From a virus, in UHGV virus genome UHGV-1383670: 61,667 nt of DNA; one strand, given 5' to 3'. Below, one piece after another: positions 46,609 through 58,300 of this stretch. The notes below the pieces were generated by a model, which ran no database searches, was not told where the DNA came from, and worked only from the letters and a program-made list of their open reading frames with translations. A program made the translations under genes and the position numbers. How positions within the stretch are numbered: position 1 is the stretch's first letter; every line of letters starts with the position of its first letter.

Positions 46609-48350
46609 GCACGCGCATAGCAGCGTTTTCCGGGGAAATTCCGCGCGTCATTCCCCGGTTGCTGGATAACAACTTCGCGCAGGTGGCGCAGAACACGAAG
46701 CTGGAGGACGGCTCACTGCTGCCTATCCGGCGGGCGCGGTACGTTCATCGCATGCCGATAAACTGCAAGACCATCTACAAAAACGGTGAGGAGTGGCTGG
46801 GCTGGGATCGTATCGTCCGCGTCGTGCCGGCGCCGGTGGCCGAGAACCGGCTTTATGTGACCGGTGACGGGAAACCGAAGGTGATCGCCAATGGCGTGAC
46901 GTATGACCTGGCGGTGCCGCGTCCGTCCAGTCAGCTGACCATCAGCCTGGTTTCAGGGACGCCAGACCCGAAACTGTCCTCCACCATCCTCTACACCCAC
47001 ACCTGGGTAACGGAGCTGGACGAGGAATCAGAGCCGGCCACGCTCTCTAACGAGCTGCTGTGGAGTCCTGGCCTCGATGTGAAGCTATCCGGCTTTTCGG
47101 CGCCGCCGGCTGGCCGTGGCATCAACCGGATGCGCATCTACCGATCGCAGACCAGCGAAAGCGGGGCCACAAACCTGTATTTCATCCACGAACGCGCGGC
47201 ATCCGCTGCCGATTTCGTGGATGTGGTGGCCGATAATCCCATCAATGAGGTGCTTCCCAGCTCCGACTATAACGCGCCACCGGATGACCTGCAGGGGCTG
47301 ACTTCACTGCCGAACGGCATGATGGCCGCCTTTGTGGGCAAGAAACTGTACTTCTCCGAGCCGTACCGGCCGCATGCCTGGCCGGAAAAGTACATCCTGA
47401 CCTGCGACTATGAGATCGTCGGCCTGGGGGTGTTCGGTACCAGCGTGGCCATCATGACGAACGGCTGTCCGTACGTCGCGCAGGGGACCGCGCCGGAAAA
47501 CATGACGATGGACCGCCTCCGGGTGAACCTGCCATGCCTGAGCGCCAGCAGTATCGTGGACCTGGGCTATTCGGTGGCGTACGCCTCGACGCAGGGGCTG
47601 GTGACGATCTCGCAATCCGGAGCCGTTGTGGCGTCAGAAGGCATGATGACGCGTGACCAGTGGCGCCAGATGCAGCCGGAATCGTTCATCGCCGGCCAGT
47701 TCTCCGGCCGTTACATGGCCTCGTACGCCTATCTCGACGCTGACAACATCGAGCGGCGCGGCATCATCATTTTCGACCTGACCGGCGCGCAGTCGTTTCT
47801 GGTGCGGGCATCCGATAACGCCGACGCGATGTTCTTCGAAATCGGTACCGGCGTGCTGTACATCCTGCGCAACGGCCGCGACGTGTTCGAATGGGACGCT
47901 ATCTCTCAGCCGTACGGGGAAATGTACTGGCGCTCGAAGCGGTTCGTGTCGCCAACCCTCTACAATTGGGGGGCGGTGCTGGTGGAGGGTGAGGACGCCA
48001 CCAGCGACGAGCAAATCAAAGAGCGCATGGCGAAGAACGCGGCCACCCGGGCGCGTAATCGGGCGCGGATGAATGCCGACAACTCGGACGGCGCTCTTGG
48101 TGATGCCGCCCTGGGGGTGGTGACGTTCGCCGGCAGTCTGCTGGAGCCGGTGGAAGAAGAAGACCCGACGTTCTCCTGTACCATTTACGGCGACGGGAAG
48201 CCGCTGATCACGATTTACCAGCTGAACAAGATAGAGCGCCTGCCGGCTAAGCGCCTCTACACCACCATGGAAATCGAGATCCGGGGAAACCAGCGCGTAA
48301 CGGGTATTTCGGTCGGCGGCACGCCCGAAGAGCTGGCAGGAGGTGGCTGA
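46605..48350 (+). CDS. Structural protein (tail/baseplate candidate)
   Basis: 581-aa ORF with overlapping stop/start on both sides. Confidence 0.5.
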   Translation: MSTRIAAFSGEIPRVIPRLLDNNFAQVAQNTKLEDGSLLPIRRARYVHRMPINCKTIYKNGEEWLGWDRIVRVVPAPVAENRLYVTGDGKPKVIANGVTYDLAVPRPSSQLTISLVSGTPDPKLSSTILYTHTWVTELDEESEPATLSNELLWSPGLDVKLSGFSAPPAGRGINRMRIYRSQTSESGATNLYFIHERAASAADFVDVVADNPINEVLPSSDYNAPPDDLQGLTSLPNGMMAAFVGKKLYFSEPYRPHAWPEKYILTCDYEIVGLGVFGTSVAIMTNGCPYVAQGTAPENMTMDRLRVNLPCLSASSIVDLGYSVAYASTQGLVTISQSGAVVASEGMMTRDQWRQMQPESFIAGQFSGRYMASYAYLDADNIERRGIIIFDLTGAQSFLVRASDNADAMFFEIGTGVLYILRNGRDVFEWDAISQPYGEMYWRSKRFVSPTLYNWGAVLVEGEDATSDEQIKERMAKNAATRARNRARMNADNSDGALGDAALGVVTFAGSLLEPVEEEDPTFSCTIYGDGKPLITIYQLNKIERLPAKRLYTTMEIEIRGNQRVTGISVGGTPEELAGGG

Positions 48351-48661
48351 TGGCGATATCCGATAGCGAATGGCTCAAGCTCAAGGAGATCGTTGAAGTC
48401 CTCGCCGGCATGCGCGGCGACAAGACGAAGGCGGCCATCCGGGCTGGCAGCTTCAATCCCCAGGAAACAGTGTTCGCGCTGCGGCAGCTGCAGGAGCAGA
48501 TCGGCCGCATTCTGGCGGAGGTGGAAGAGGTGAATATCGCCGCCCCGACGCAGGGGCAGGTAACGGCACCGCCCACGGCTGCAGAGTTCAACGGGCTGGT
48601 GGCGGACGTGGCGGCTATCCACCAGCAATTAACTGCCCTGGTGAATGCCCTGACCGCATAG
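48350..48661 (+). CDS. Small coiled-coil structural or assembly protein
   Basis: ATGA overlap. 103 aa. Confidence 0.4.
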   Translation: MAISDSEWLKLKEIVEVLAGMRGDKTKAAIRAGSFNPQETVFALRQLQEQIGRILAEVEEVNIAAPTQGQVTAPPTAAEFNGLVADVAAIHQQLTALVNALTA

Positions 48662-48726
48662 CTGCGCTGTATATCTGTTGCCCTTTTAACTATGATGTTG
48701 TCAAAAGGGCAACAGAGGTGAATCGT

Positions 48727-49152
48727 ATGGGCAGCGTTGTCTATGAGGGCAAAGAAGAGCTGGTGGCATGGGCGAGCCAGGTCATCGGCTTTGAACCCCG
48801 TCCGGACGTGGTGGCCATCGGCTGGAGCGATGGCAAGAGGCTGCGTGCAGTAACGTTGTACGACGGCTTTTCGCAGTGTGACTGCAATATGCACATTGCC
48901 AGCGACGGAACGGGCTTCTGGCTGCGCCGGCCGTTCCTGCTGGCGTCCTTCGCTCACCCCTTTGTCCAGTGGAACCTTCGCCGCGTCACCGGCCTGGTGC
49001 CGGCGAAAAATACGGCCGCTCTGCGCTTTGACCTGCACCTGGGTTTCAAGCGCGAAGGCCTCATCCGTCATGCTCTTCCAGATGACGACATCATAGTGCT
49101 TGGGCTGCTGCGCGAGGAATGCCGGTACATCCCCCAGCAATACCGGAGATAA
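48727..49152 (+). CDS. GNAT-family N-acetyltransferase-like protein
   Basis: C-terminus AALRFDLHLGFKREGLIRHAL resembles a GNAT motif. RBS AGAGGTG. Stop 6 nt before the next gene. Confidence 0.45.
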   Translation: MGSVVYEGKEELVAWASQVIGFEPRPDVVAIGWSDGKRLRAVTLYDGFSQCDCNMHIASDGTGFWLRRPFLLASFAHPFVQWNLRRVTGLVPAKNTAALRFDLHLGFKREGLIRHALPDDDIIVLGLLREECRYIPQQYRR

Positions 49153-49157
49153 CCACT

Positions 49158-50141
49158 ATGCAGGTTGAGTTTTCACTCATCGCGACCCTGCTGGCGGCGG
49201 CGTTCCTCTTCACGCAGATGCGCCTGCAGCCCGCACTCGAATATGTCGGCTTCGACCCGGAACGCGATGACCGCGAACCGGAGCAAAAGCCATGGGAAGC
49301 CCTTTTGCTCTTCAAAAAGGGCGGCGGTTCGGCACCATCGCCAGACCCGGCGATCGGCCAGGCGGCGCTAAAAGAGGCCGAGCTGGGCGAAGAATGGCTG
49401 GCGTTCTCCCGCGAGCAGTTTGGCGTAGCGAACGAACGCCAGGCCGAGCAGGACAAGATCGCAAACGAGGTTACGCAGCAGCAGCTCGATGCCAGCAAGC
49501 AGGCGCAGCAGTGGGCCACTGAGGACCGCGACCGCTACAACAACGTCTACAAGCCGATGCAGGACGAGTTCATCGACACTGCAAAGAATTGGGACAGCGC
49601 AGAACGGCAGCAGAAGGTCGCGGACGAGGCGAAAGCCGACGTTCTTACCAACGCCTCTGAGCAGCGCGCGGCATCAGAACGCAATATGGCTTCCATGGGC
49701 GTCAGCCCGACCAGCGGTCGTTTTGCCGGTGTTGAACGAGCTGGCGAGCTGGGAACCACGCTTGCCGCTGCAGGTGCGCAGAACAATGCACGTAACACCG
49801 TCCGCAATCAGGCGGTGGCGATGCAGGCCGACGCTATCAACATGGGTAGCGGCCTCGCGGTAAACCCGGCTTCATCGCTGGGCCTTGGGGTTTCTGCCGG
49901 CAGCGCGGCCATGGGTACCACCTCCGCTAACAACGCCCAGGCTGCAGGAAACGCTGCGATCATGGGGCAGGGCTACAAGGGCGCCATGAGCGGCTACGGC
50001 AACCAGGCCAGCATTCTCAACCAGCAATACGGGAACCAGCTCAACGCCTGGCAGGCTCAGCAGCAGGCAAGCGCCAGCTCCACCGGCGCACTGGCGGGCG
50101 GCATCGGTTCAATGGTCGGTATGGGGATGATGGCATTCTAA
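49158..50141 (+). CDS. Internal virion/ejection protein candidate (N-terminal TM, Q/A/G-rich)
   Basis: TM SLIATLLAAAFLF. Low-complexity Gln/Ala/Gly-rich C-terminus. Confidence 0.45.
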   Translation: MQVEFSLIATLLAAAFLFTQMRLQPALEYVGFDPERDDREPEQKPWEALLLFKKGGGSAPSPDPAIGQAALKEAELGEEWLAFSREQFGVANERQAEQDKIANEVTQQQLDASKQAQQWATEDRDRYNNVYKPMQDEFIDTAKNWDSAERQQKVADEAKADVLTNASEQRAASERNMASMGVSPTSGRFAGVERAGELGTTLAAAGAQNNARNTVRNQAVAMQADAINMGSGLAVNPASSLGLGVSAGSAAMGTTSANNAQAAGNAAIMGQGYKGAMSGYGNQASILNQQYGNQLNAWQAQQQASASSTGALAGGIGSMVGMGMMAF

Positions 50142-50878
50142 TGAAGAGCGTACTCGAAAAGCACAAGAAAATTGCCCTACAGGTATCCGGCGGCCGTGAC
50201 TCGATGGCTTGTCTCTATCGGCTGCACGAAGAAGACCTGTTGCACCTGGTGACGGTCTACTGGCTGAACACCGGCGCCGCGTTCCCCGAAACGAAGGCCA
50301 TTATGGATCACGTCCGGGAGCTGGCGCCGAACTTCGTTGAGATAGCCGGGAACCAGCCGGAGGTTATCGCCCGGTTCGGTATGCCGACCGATATCCTGCC
50401 GCGCACGTCCACGCCGATCGGCGTCGTGACCGGACAGTCGCCGGTGCTGATGCAGGATACCTATTCCTGCTGCGCCCGCGTCGTCATGGAGCCGATGCAC
50501 CGGCGCATGCTGCAGGACGAAGTGACGCTGATTATTCGCGGCCAGCGCGCCAATGACGGCCACCGTTCGCCGCTTTCCTCCGGGGATACGGAGCTGGGTA
50601 TCGAATATCTGTTCCCGATCGAGGATTGGACGGCCGAACAGGTCGATAGCTACCTGCGCGAGCAGGGCGCCCCGATCCACCCGGCCTATGAATTTATGAC
50701 CCAAACGCCCGATTGCATGACGTGCTCAGGCTGGTGGGAAGACAATCGTGCTGCGTTTCTGAAAGCGCGGCATCCGGAGGCATACGCGGAGTATCAGCGC
50801 CGCCTCGACATTATTCGCGAGAACGTCGAGCCGCATATCTTCCGCTTCAACAAAGAGACAGGGGGCCAAAATGGCTAA
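50141..50878 (+). CDS. PAPS-reductase-family PP-loop ATP pyrophosphatase domain protein
   Basis: ALQVSGGRDS is an SGGxDS PP-loop. A Cys cluster CMTCSGWWE near the C-terminus. TAATG coupling to the upstream gene. Confidence 0.65.
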   Translation: MKSVLEKHKKIALQVSGGRDSMACLYRLHEEDLLHLVTVYWLNTGAAFPETKAIMDHVRELAPNFVEIAGNQPEVIARFGMPTDILPRTSTPIGVVTGQSPVLMQDTYSCCARVVMEPMHRRMLQDEVTLIIRGQRANDGHRSPLSSGDTELGIEYLFPIEDWTAEQVDSYLREQGAPIHPAYEFMTQTPDCMTCSGWWEDNRAAFLKARHPEAYAEYQRRLDIIRENVEPHIFRFNKETGGQNG

Positions 50879-51188
50879 TACCTCGCTGGGCCTTGGCGCT
50901 TTCGCAAGCGGAATGGCCAACGGCATGCAGATGGGCATGAAGATGGACCAAATGAACAACAAAGAGAGTAGTGCGGACCTCGCGAAGAAAAACACCGAGG
51001 AGAATAACGCCATTATTTCTCTGGGTTCCCGACCTGGCGCCCCGGGCGCGCAGGCAACACCAGCCATCGGCACACCAGGACAGTCAGCTCAGGCGCCAAC
51101 TGCTGCGCAGGGCGCCCAGCAGCCTGGCGCCGCAGGCGGTTCGCCGTGGTCTTTCATTGGTTCACTGTTCGGAGGCAGCAATGGCTAA
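50871..51188 (+). CDS. Small Gly/Met-rich virion protein (MANTSLGLGAFASGMANGM...)
   Basis: N-terminus paralogous to the next gene. Glycine-zipper-like. Confidence 0.4.
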   Translation: MANTSLGLGAFASGMANGMQMGMKMDQMNNKESSADLAKKNTEENNAIISLGSRPGAPGAQATPAIGTPGQSAQAPTAAQGAQQPGAAGGSPWSFIGSLFGGSNG

Positions 51189-52389
51189 TTTCGGTATTGG
51201 GCTGGGCGCTTTCCTGAACGGCGTCGCGAACGGCGCCAACGTGATGTCGAACATCCAGGACTCCTGGTCCAAAAAAGAGGTTCGCGACATGCAGATCGCG
51301 GACATGAAGCAGGCCCGCGACGATAAGCAGAAGCTGCGTGATACCACTACGCAGGGCATGGCCGATGCGCGGGCGCAGACTGACGGCCAGCTCGATAACG
51401 TCATGAACTTCTACATGCAGAAGACCGCTCCGAAGATCGTGGAGCACTATCTGAGCATTGGCGACCCGCAAACCGCCAACGCCTACAAAACCTGGATTAA
51501 TGACGCGAACGTGCAGCAGGGCGCGAAGTTCGGCGTCGGTATGATGCGCGCGGCCGCCATGAAAGACCTGGACGGCGTGGGCAAGTACATGATGCAGGCC
51601 TATAACCAGCCAGGCTATTTCGAGGACGGCAACACCGCTACCGGCTATACCATCCTCCGCAATGACAAGAACGAACCGACCGGGCTTGAAATCAACCTGA
51701 AAGGTCCGGACGGCAAAGAGTCAAAGCAGACGTTCAACAACATCGATGACGTTTATAAACTGGCAACAACCTTCGGCAATCCGCTGGAGGTGTTCAAAAA
51801 TGGTGTTCAGGCCTATCAGAGCCAGCAGGCCCAGGCCGCGAAAACCCAGGCCGAGCTGGCGAAGGAAGGCCGGGAATGGAAGCGTACGGTCGCAGGGAAA
51901 GAGCTTGACCAGCAATACAAGCTGGAAGGGCAGAACAACGAGGCGCAGCTGAAGGCTGCAGCGGAAGCTGAGAAACGCCGCACAGGAGGCGACAGCAAGA
52001 AGGTCCAGGACGCCGAGGCGGTGGCCGGGTTCCTGAAATCGCAGGGTTACAGCGACGAGTACATTCGGCAGAACGCGCCGGCGCTGGTGGGTATTCAGAA
52101 CCAGAGCCGTTCTATGTCCGCGCGTATTCAGGATGTCATCAAGCTGCAAACCGAGAACTCCCGAGAGTTCCGCAAGCTCACTCCTGACCAGCAGGTGCAG
52201 GAGGCCCGTAAGTTCATCGATATGATCGACCGTAACGCCCAGGGCGCTACGCCGACGGACGGCGGGGGTATGGGGCTGACGCCGCAAAGCGGCCAGACGC
52301 AGCAGAACGCGCAGCAGCCGGCGCAAACGCAGGGGCAGGGGCTTACGCCGTTCTACGACACCCGCACCAATTCCATTATTTATCGCTAA
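51181..52389 (+). CDS. Internal virion protein (MANFGIGLGAFLNGVANGA...)
   Basis: ATG at 51181 overlaps the upstream stop. N-terminus paralogous to the gene at 50871. The track's longer frame from 50971 was rejected. Confidence 0.5.
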   Translation: MANFGIGLGAFLNGVANGANVMSNIQDSWSKKEVRDMQIADMKQARDDKQKLRDTTTQGMADARAQTDGQLDNVMNFYMQKTAPKIVEHYLSIGDPQTANAYKTWINDANVQQGAKFGVGMMRAAAMKDLDGVGKYMMQAYNQPGYFEDGNTATGYTILRNDKNEPTGLEINLKGPDGKESKQTFNNIDDVYKLATTFGNPLEVFKNGVQAYQSQQAQAAKTQAELAKEGREWKRTVAGKELDQQYKLEGQNNEAQLKAAAEAEKRRTGGDSKKVQDAEAVAGFLKSQGYSDEYIRQNAPALVGIQNQSRSMSARIQDVIKLQTENSREFRKLTPDQQVQEARKFIDMIDRNAQGATPTDGGGMGLTPQSGQTQQNAQQPAQTQGQGLTPFYDTRTNSIIYR

Positions 52390-52398
52390 GGGGCTACC

Positions 52399-55300
52399 GT
52401 GGCTCAAAACGACTTCTTCACTACTGCAGCCGATCGCGCACTGGCTGAACAGCCATCATTTGGGTTGCCGGAGTTTGCCAAGACCGAACGCGCACCGAGC
52501 AGCATTCCCGCCGGCGGCGCGGTACCGTTCCAGGCCGCCTTCAATGCGGCCGCGCAGCGCTATGGCGTGCCGGTAAACGTGCTGATGGCGCTGGGGGAGC
52601 AGGAATCCCGCTTCAACCCGACAGCGCTGGGTGTGCCGACCAAATACGGCCGCGCGAAGGGGCTGATGCAGTACATCGACTCGACCGCTGCCGGCATGGG
52701 TATCAACCCGTATGACCCGGTGCAGTCCATTGATGCCGCCGCGCGGCAGCTGCGTGATCGCCTGGCGAAGGGGTATTCCATGCAGGAGGCCGTCTCCGCG
52801 CACTTTGCGGGCGACGATCGCAAGCAGTGGGGACCGAAGACTGCAGTTTATGGCCAGGAGGTGCTGGCGCGCGCAGAGAAGTTCCTGAACGGCGGCAAGG
52901 CCTCCGTCACGCAGCCGACGCCTGGCCAGCAGCAGAATGGCGTCCAGCCGTTCGATATGAGCCAGGAGCAAGAAGCGTACCCGGCCGCGCAGAGTGCCAT
53001 GGAGAACATGGACCAGAACCGCCTGCGCACCCAGGCCTTGCTCGATGATATGAACAAGGAGGAGCCTGGCCGCTATCGCGCGCTTACTCCTGACGAGCTG
53101 GCGCAGCTGCAGCAACAGGCCCAGGGTCAGCAGAACCAGCAGCCACAGCAGAAAGTCGGGAACACCGACCCGACGCCGCTAACGGTACCGGGCGAGGTGC
53201 CGCAGGGGAACAAAGACGGCAATCTGCTGACCGATACCGGCAACCTCCTGTTGTCCGGACTGAACACGGCCGCCAAGGATGCCAAAGAGCTGGTCAGCCG
53301 TATCCCGTATGTCGGTAAGCCCATTGTCGATGCAGCCGACCGTTTCGACCGCTGGGCGAACGGAAAGGGATCCGAAGAAATCTTCAAAGAATGGGACAAG
53401 AACGTAGAGGCGAGCTTATCGCCGGAAATGGTTCGGTCCCGTAAAAGTGCCTGGGTGGTAGAGCCTGGCGACGACCTGGGGAACGGCAAAAAGGCAACCA
53501 GCTACAGTTTCGGTCCCGCCTGGTCTGACCCGCGTGCGTACATGTCCGGCATGCTGGAATCCCTGCCGGAAATGGCCGTAACAATGGGCGGAGCCGGTCG
53601 CCTTGCCAGTATGTCCTACAAAGCCGCACTGCGCGCTGGCGCTTCGCGTGAAGTGGCTGCGAAAGCCGCTGCGCGTACCGCCACCATTGCCGGTGGTCTG
53701 CTGGAAGGTGGCCTGGGTGGCGCTCAGTCTGCGCGTGAAGTGCGCGACGACATCAACAAGATGACGCCTGACCAGCTCAAGAACTCCGATGCGCTCAAGG
53801 CGATTATGGCGCAGGGCAAATCGTTTGAGCAGGCCCGTAGCGAGCTGGCAGAGGACGCGGCGACCCGCGCTTTCGTCGTTGCCGGCATCGGTACCGGGCT
53901 GTTTGGTGGTATGGGCGACCGCGCTATCGCGAAGGTTGTCACGAACCGCGCCGGCGGCCGTATCCGTTCCGCCATCACCGGCGCCATCGGTGAAGGCCTG
54001 TTCGAAGAGGTTCCGCAAAGCGTCCTGCAGCAGGGTGGCCAGAACTATGCCCTGCAGGAAGCTGACCCAAGCATTCCGCTGACGAAGGGTGTGGCCAACG
54101 CTGCCGGCGGTGGCCTGGCCATCGGCGCCACGATGGGCGCCGGCATCGGTGCAGCTGTTCCGCACGCTGGTACCAATGAAGTGAACCAGCAGCCGGCGGC
54201 CGCGCCGGTCGATACCGTTGACCCAACGCCGACCCCGGCGGAAGCCTCCGGACCTATTGGCCGTGCAATGCAACGCGGCGCCCCGGCTGCAGCTCCCGTC
54301 GAGACTCCGGCCGTTCAGACCGAAGAGGCTGCGCAGCCGGCACAGCCGACGCAGGCAGAACAGCCGGCGGCCAGCGCCAACGAATTCATGGGACCGGTAG
54401 GGGCGGCGACGACCGTCACGCCGAAAGAGGATCCTGCAGGAGCATTTGCCGGCACGGTCGAGCGCTATCAGGACGGCGATGTCATCGTGCGCGGTGAGGA
54501 CGGTTCGGTTTACCAGTTCGGCCCTGGCGATGTCATTCCGCCGGACCTGCAGCAGGCACAGACCCAGCAGCAGGAGGCCCAGCCGGCAACCGAAACCGCC
54601 TCAAATGAGGGCGAAAAACCGGAAGTGGGTCGCGTCGTCGAGGAAGAACGACCGGCAACCAGGACGCTCGACCAAATGGAAGAGCCGGAGCTGCGCGAGC
54701 GTCTCAAGTACCTCGCACGCCAGGCGAAACAAACCGGGTGGGATAACCGCCTTATGGCCGAGCGCCGCAAAGTAGAGGCCGCTATCGATGCAAAAACCAA
54801 GCAGGCAGTTCCAGGAAATGACAAAGAGCAGGGCGCTCCGGTATCTGGTGAAAAACCGGCTGATAACGCGGGAGCAGCACGCAGCGACGTGGCGCGAGCT
54901 GAACCTGCAGCAGGGGAAACCGGACCCGCAGCTGTCACCGGAAATGAACAGGATATGGGAGCTGGTGGCGCTGCTGACGTGGCCAGCGCCGGCGATCGTT
55001 CACTGACCACCAGCCAGCCGGCCGCCGATGCGAAGGTGAAATGGTTCGGCACCGCTGAGAAGGCGCAGGCCTACATAGAGAAGAAAGGCCTGGGTGGCTC
55101 TCACGAAGTTCGCCCAGCCGGACGTTCTCGCTTCGAAGTTCAGCCTAAGGGCGAAAATGTCCAGGACGCACCGGCCGCAGCTGCAACCACGAAGGAGCTG
55201 ACCGGTGCAGGGCCGCGCTATAACCGCGCGCGTAAGCTGGTGGGCGAAATCGGATCCGCTGTGTCCCCGTCTGGTGACGTTGGCACCAGCGTGAAGGCTG

Positions 55301-58300
55301 GCCGCAAATATCGCATTTCCCGTATCGAGAAAAACGGCATCGTTCACCTGGTCGATCAGGAGAGCGCCGATAGCGCCCGTATCTCCGTTGCCGAAATGGA
55401 AGCAGCGCGCTCGCGCAACGTGGCCTGGAATAAGGTTGCCGAAACCCAAAGGCAAAAAGAGGATGCCGCCCGCGCTCGTTATGGTCTGGAGCCGCAGGAG
55501 TTCATCGACCGCAACCTGGGCGAAATGGTTCAAACCGCGCAGGACGAAACCGAGCGGGCGCTGGCGACGGCCAAGGACGTTCAGGACGGTCTGGATGGCC
55601 TCATCGATGATGTCCGGAAGGATGCAAATGCCATCGACGGCGAAGTCGTTGCCCGAAGTGTTGCTGAAACGGCATCGTCAGCACCGAAGGGGCAACAAAG
55701 GCTGACGGATGAGAGCCGCGCCACCCGGCCGGACGTTGTTGGGGAAATCTACTCGCCAACGGAGGACATTGCCCGCACTGCAAAAGCGGGTCGCAACTAC
55801 GAGCTGATCGAGAAGGGCGCCAGCGGTTATATCCGTCTGCGTGACGTGGAATCCGGTGCCGAAATGAACATCCCGGCCGGCGTTCTCCAGCAGAACGAAG
55901 GCAACTGGATTGCCCGGAACGCCGAAGATTCCGCACCAGGAGCGGCAAAAACTGAGCCACAAACGGCCGAAACTGCAACAGATCAGCCCGAAAGTGCATC
56001 AGAGCAGGCCAGAACCTCAGAAAACGCGCCCAAAACTGAATACGGCGCAACCAACAAACTGGTATCGCAGGACCGCGCGGCCGAGCTGCGTAAGAAGCTG
56101 AAAGCCAAATTCAGCCAGCTCAACAGCGGCCTGGATCCGGAAATCCTGGCCATCGGTACCGAGCTGGCCGTGTTCCACCTGGAAGCCGGCGTGCGCAAGT
56201 TCGCTGACTTCGCCCGCACCATGGCCTCAGATCTCGATGTGCCGCTCAACCGCCTGCGCCCATATCTGCGCAGCTGGTACAACGGCGGCCGCGATATGAT
56301 GGAAGACAGCGGTATATCCATCGAGGGTATGGACAGCCCCGAGACTGTTCGTGCCGAATTAGCTAAACTGAATACCGAAGAACAACCGCAACCTGTCTCG
56401 CAGCCGGCTGGCTCGCTTGATGACATGGTTGCTCAATTTGACCGCGAGGTAACGACCGATGAACCTAAACGTCTGGATCAGCCAGGCCAGGGACCACTGG
56501 AAGGAATTCCAGCCGACCCTGTTCAAAGAGCTGAAAGCCAAGAACCAGCTGGGGAACGCGCTGCGCGACGCAGCGGAACGGACACACCAGGAAATGAGCG
56601 AGCTGGAAGCCCAGGGATTCAGCAACCACGAAGCCTGGGAGATGACGCGCGAGAAGTATCTGTTCCCGCCGGAAGAGGCGAGCCTGCAGCAGCCGGACAG
56701 CGAAACGAACCCGGCAGCGAAACGGATGCAGGACGTAATGGCGATAGTGAACGCGCCGTACGAAGAGAGCGAAACCGACCTGTAGCCGGTACGGTTGCCG
56801 AGGATCGCCCCGTTGGTGCATTCACCATCAACGCGGACGAAATCGGCAAGGGCGGCGACAAAACGAAGTATCGCAATAACGTTGCCGCTATCCGCCTGCT
56901 GAAAGAGCTGGAAACGGCCAACCGGCCGGCGACCCGCGAAGAGCAGGCGATCCTTTCTAAATACGTTGGCTGGGGAGGCCTGCCGCAGGCCTTCGAACGC
57001 ACTGACGGCAGCGCCAATAAGGGCTGGGAAAAAGAAGTCGCGGATCTCAAGGCGCTGATGACGCCGGAAGAGTACCGCGCCGCGCAATCCTCCACGAAGA
57101 ACGCTCACTACACCAGCCCGGAGATCGTCTCCGGGATGTGGGATGCCATGCGCCGCCTGGGCTTCACCGGTGGCCGCGTCATCGAGCCGTCCGTGGGCGT
57201 CGGCAACTTCTTCGGCCTGATGCCGGCAGACGTTCGCGCCGCTTCTGCGCTTCATGGCGTCGAGCTGGACCACATCACCAGCGGCATTGCGACCCAGCTC
57301 TATCCGGAGGCGAAAATCGCCCGGATGGGGTACCAGGATTACGTTATCCCGGATGGCTATTTCGACATCGCGATCGGCAACCCGCCGTTCGGTGCCGATA
57401 AGCTGTACGACGGCCGTCGCAAAGACCTGTCCGGCTTCAACATCCACAACTACTTCTTCGCCCGCTCCGTCGATGCGCTGCGCCCTGGTGGCGTCCTGGG
57501 CATGGTGGTGACGAACCGCATGCTGGATAGCGCCAGCGATAAGGCCCGCCAGTACATTGCCGACCGTGCCGACTTCCTGGGCGCCATTCGTCTGCCGAAC
57601 AACGCGTTCGCGAAGAACGCCGGTACCGAGGTGACGACCGATATCATTTTCCTGCGCCGTCGCGCGGAAGGTGAGGCGCCGGCCGGTGCGCAGTGGATGA
57701 ACACCGTGGACTATACCGACAAGGAAGGCCGCACGGTGCCGCTGAACGAGTATTTCGCGGCCAACCCGGACATGATGCTGGGCGACTTCGGCGCCTATGG
57801 ATCGATGTACCGCGAAGGCGAGCCGGCGCTGGTGGCCCGGGAAGGGCAGAACACCGCCGCCGAGCTGGCCAAGGCAATCGCCCGCCTGCCGGAGAACATC
57901 ATTACCCGCGTCGAATCGGTCAAACCGGAAACCCGCGCGACCGTCGCGGCCGAAAATGCCCGCGTAGGCTCCATGTTCCTGGACGGCGACCAGGTGATGA
58001 TCCGCCGCGATGACGTGATGGGCGAAAGCCAGGGCGAAGCCGTATCGTTCCCGAACGAGAAAGCCCGCCAGCGCGTCACCGGCATGATTGGTCTTCGCGA
58101 CCACCTGGCCGACCTGCGTAAGCTGCAGCTCGACCCGCGCGCAGACGAAACCCGCATCGAGGCCGCTCGCGGCCGTCTCAACCAGGTCTATGACGCCTTC
58201 GTGAAGGAGTTTGGCCCGGTAAACCTGGACGCGAACAAGCGTCTATTCCGCGACGATCCGACCTGGCCACAAATCTCCGCGCTGGAAGAGGGATTTGACA

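Noticed and set aside
48655-48710. CTGTATATCTGTT as a possible LexA box, and the TTGCCCTTTT...AAAAGGGCAA hairpin
   Set aside because: The second half-site ACAG is missing, so it is not a LexA box. The 10-bp-stem hairpin at 48671-48705 is real but lacks a T-tract. It may act as an attenuator or RNA stability element ahead of the GNAT gene, but this is unproven.
52456-58104. Series of long minus-strand ORFs (52456..53115, 53416..54273, 54510..55052, 55000..55533, 55601..56050, 56359..58104)
   Set aside because: They lie antisense to the uninterrupted plus-strand giant ORF. They are GC-rich and Arg/Ala/Gly-heavy with no motifs, the typical shadow ORFs of high-GC coding DNA.
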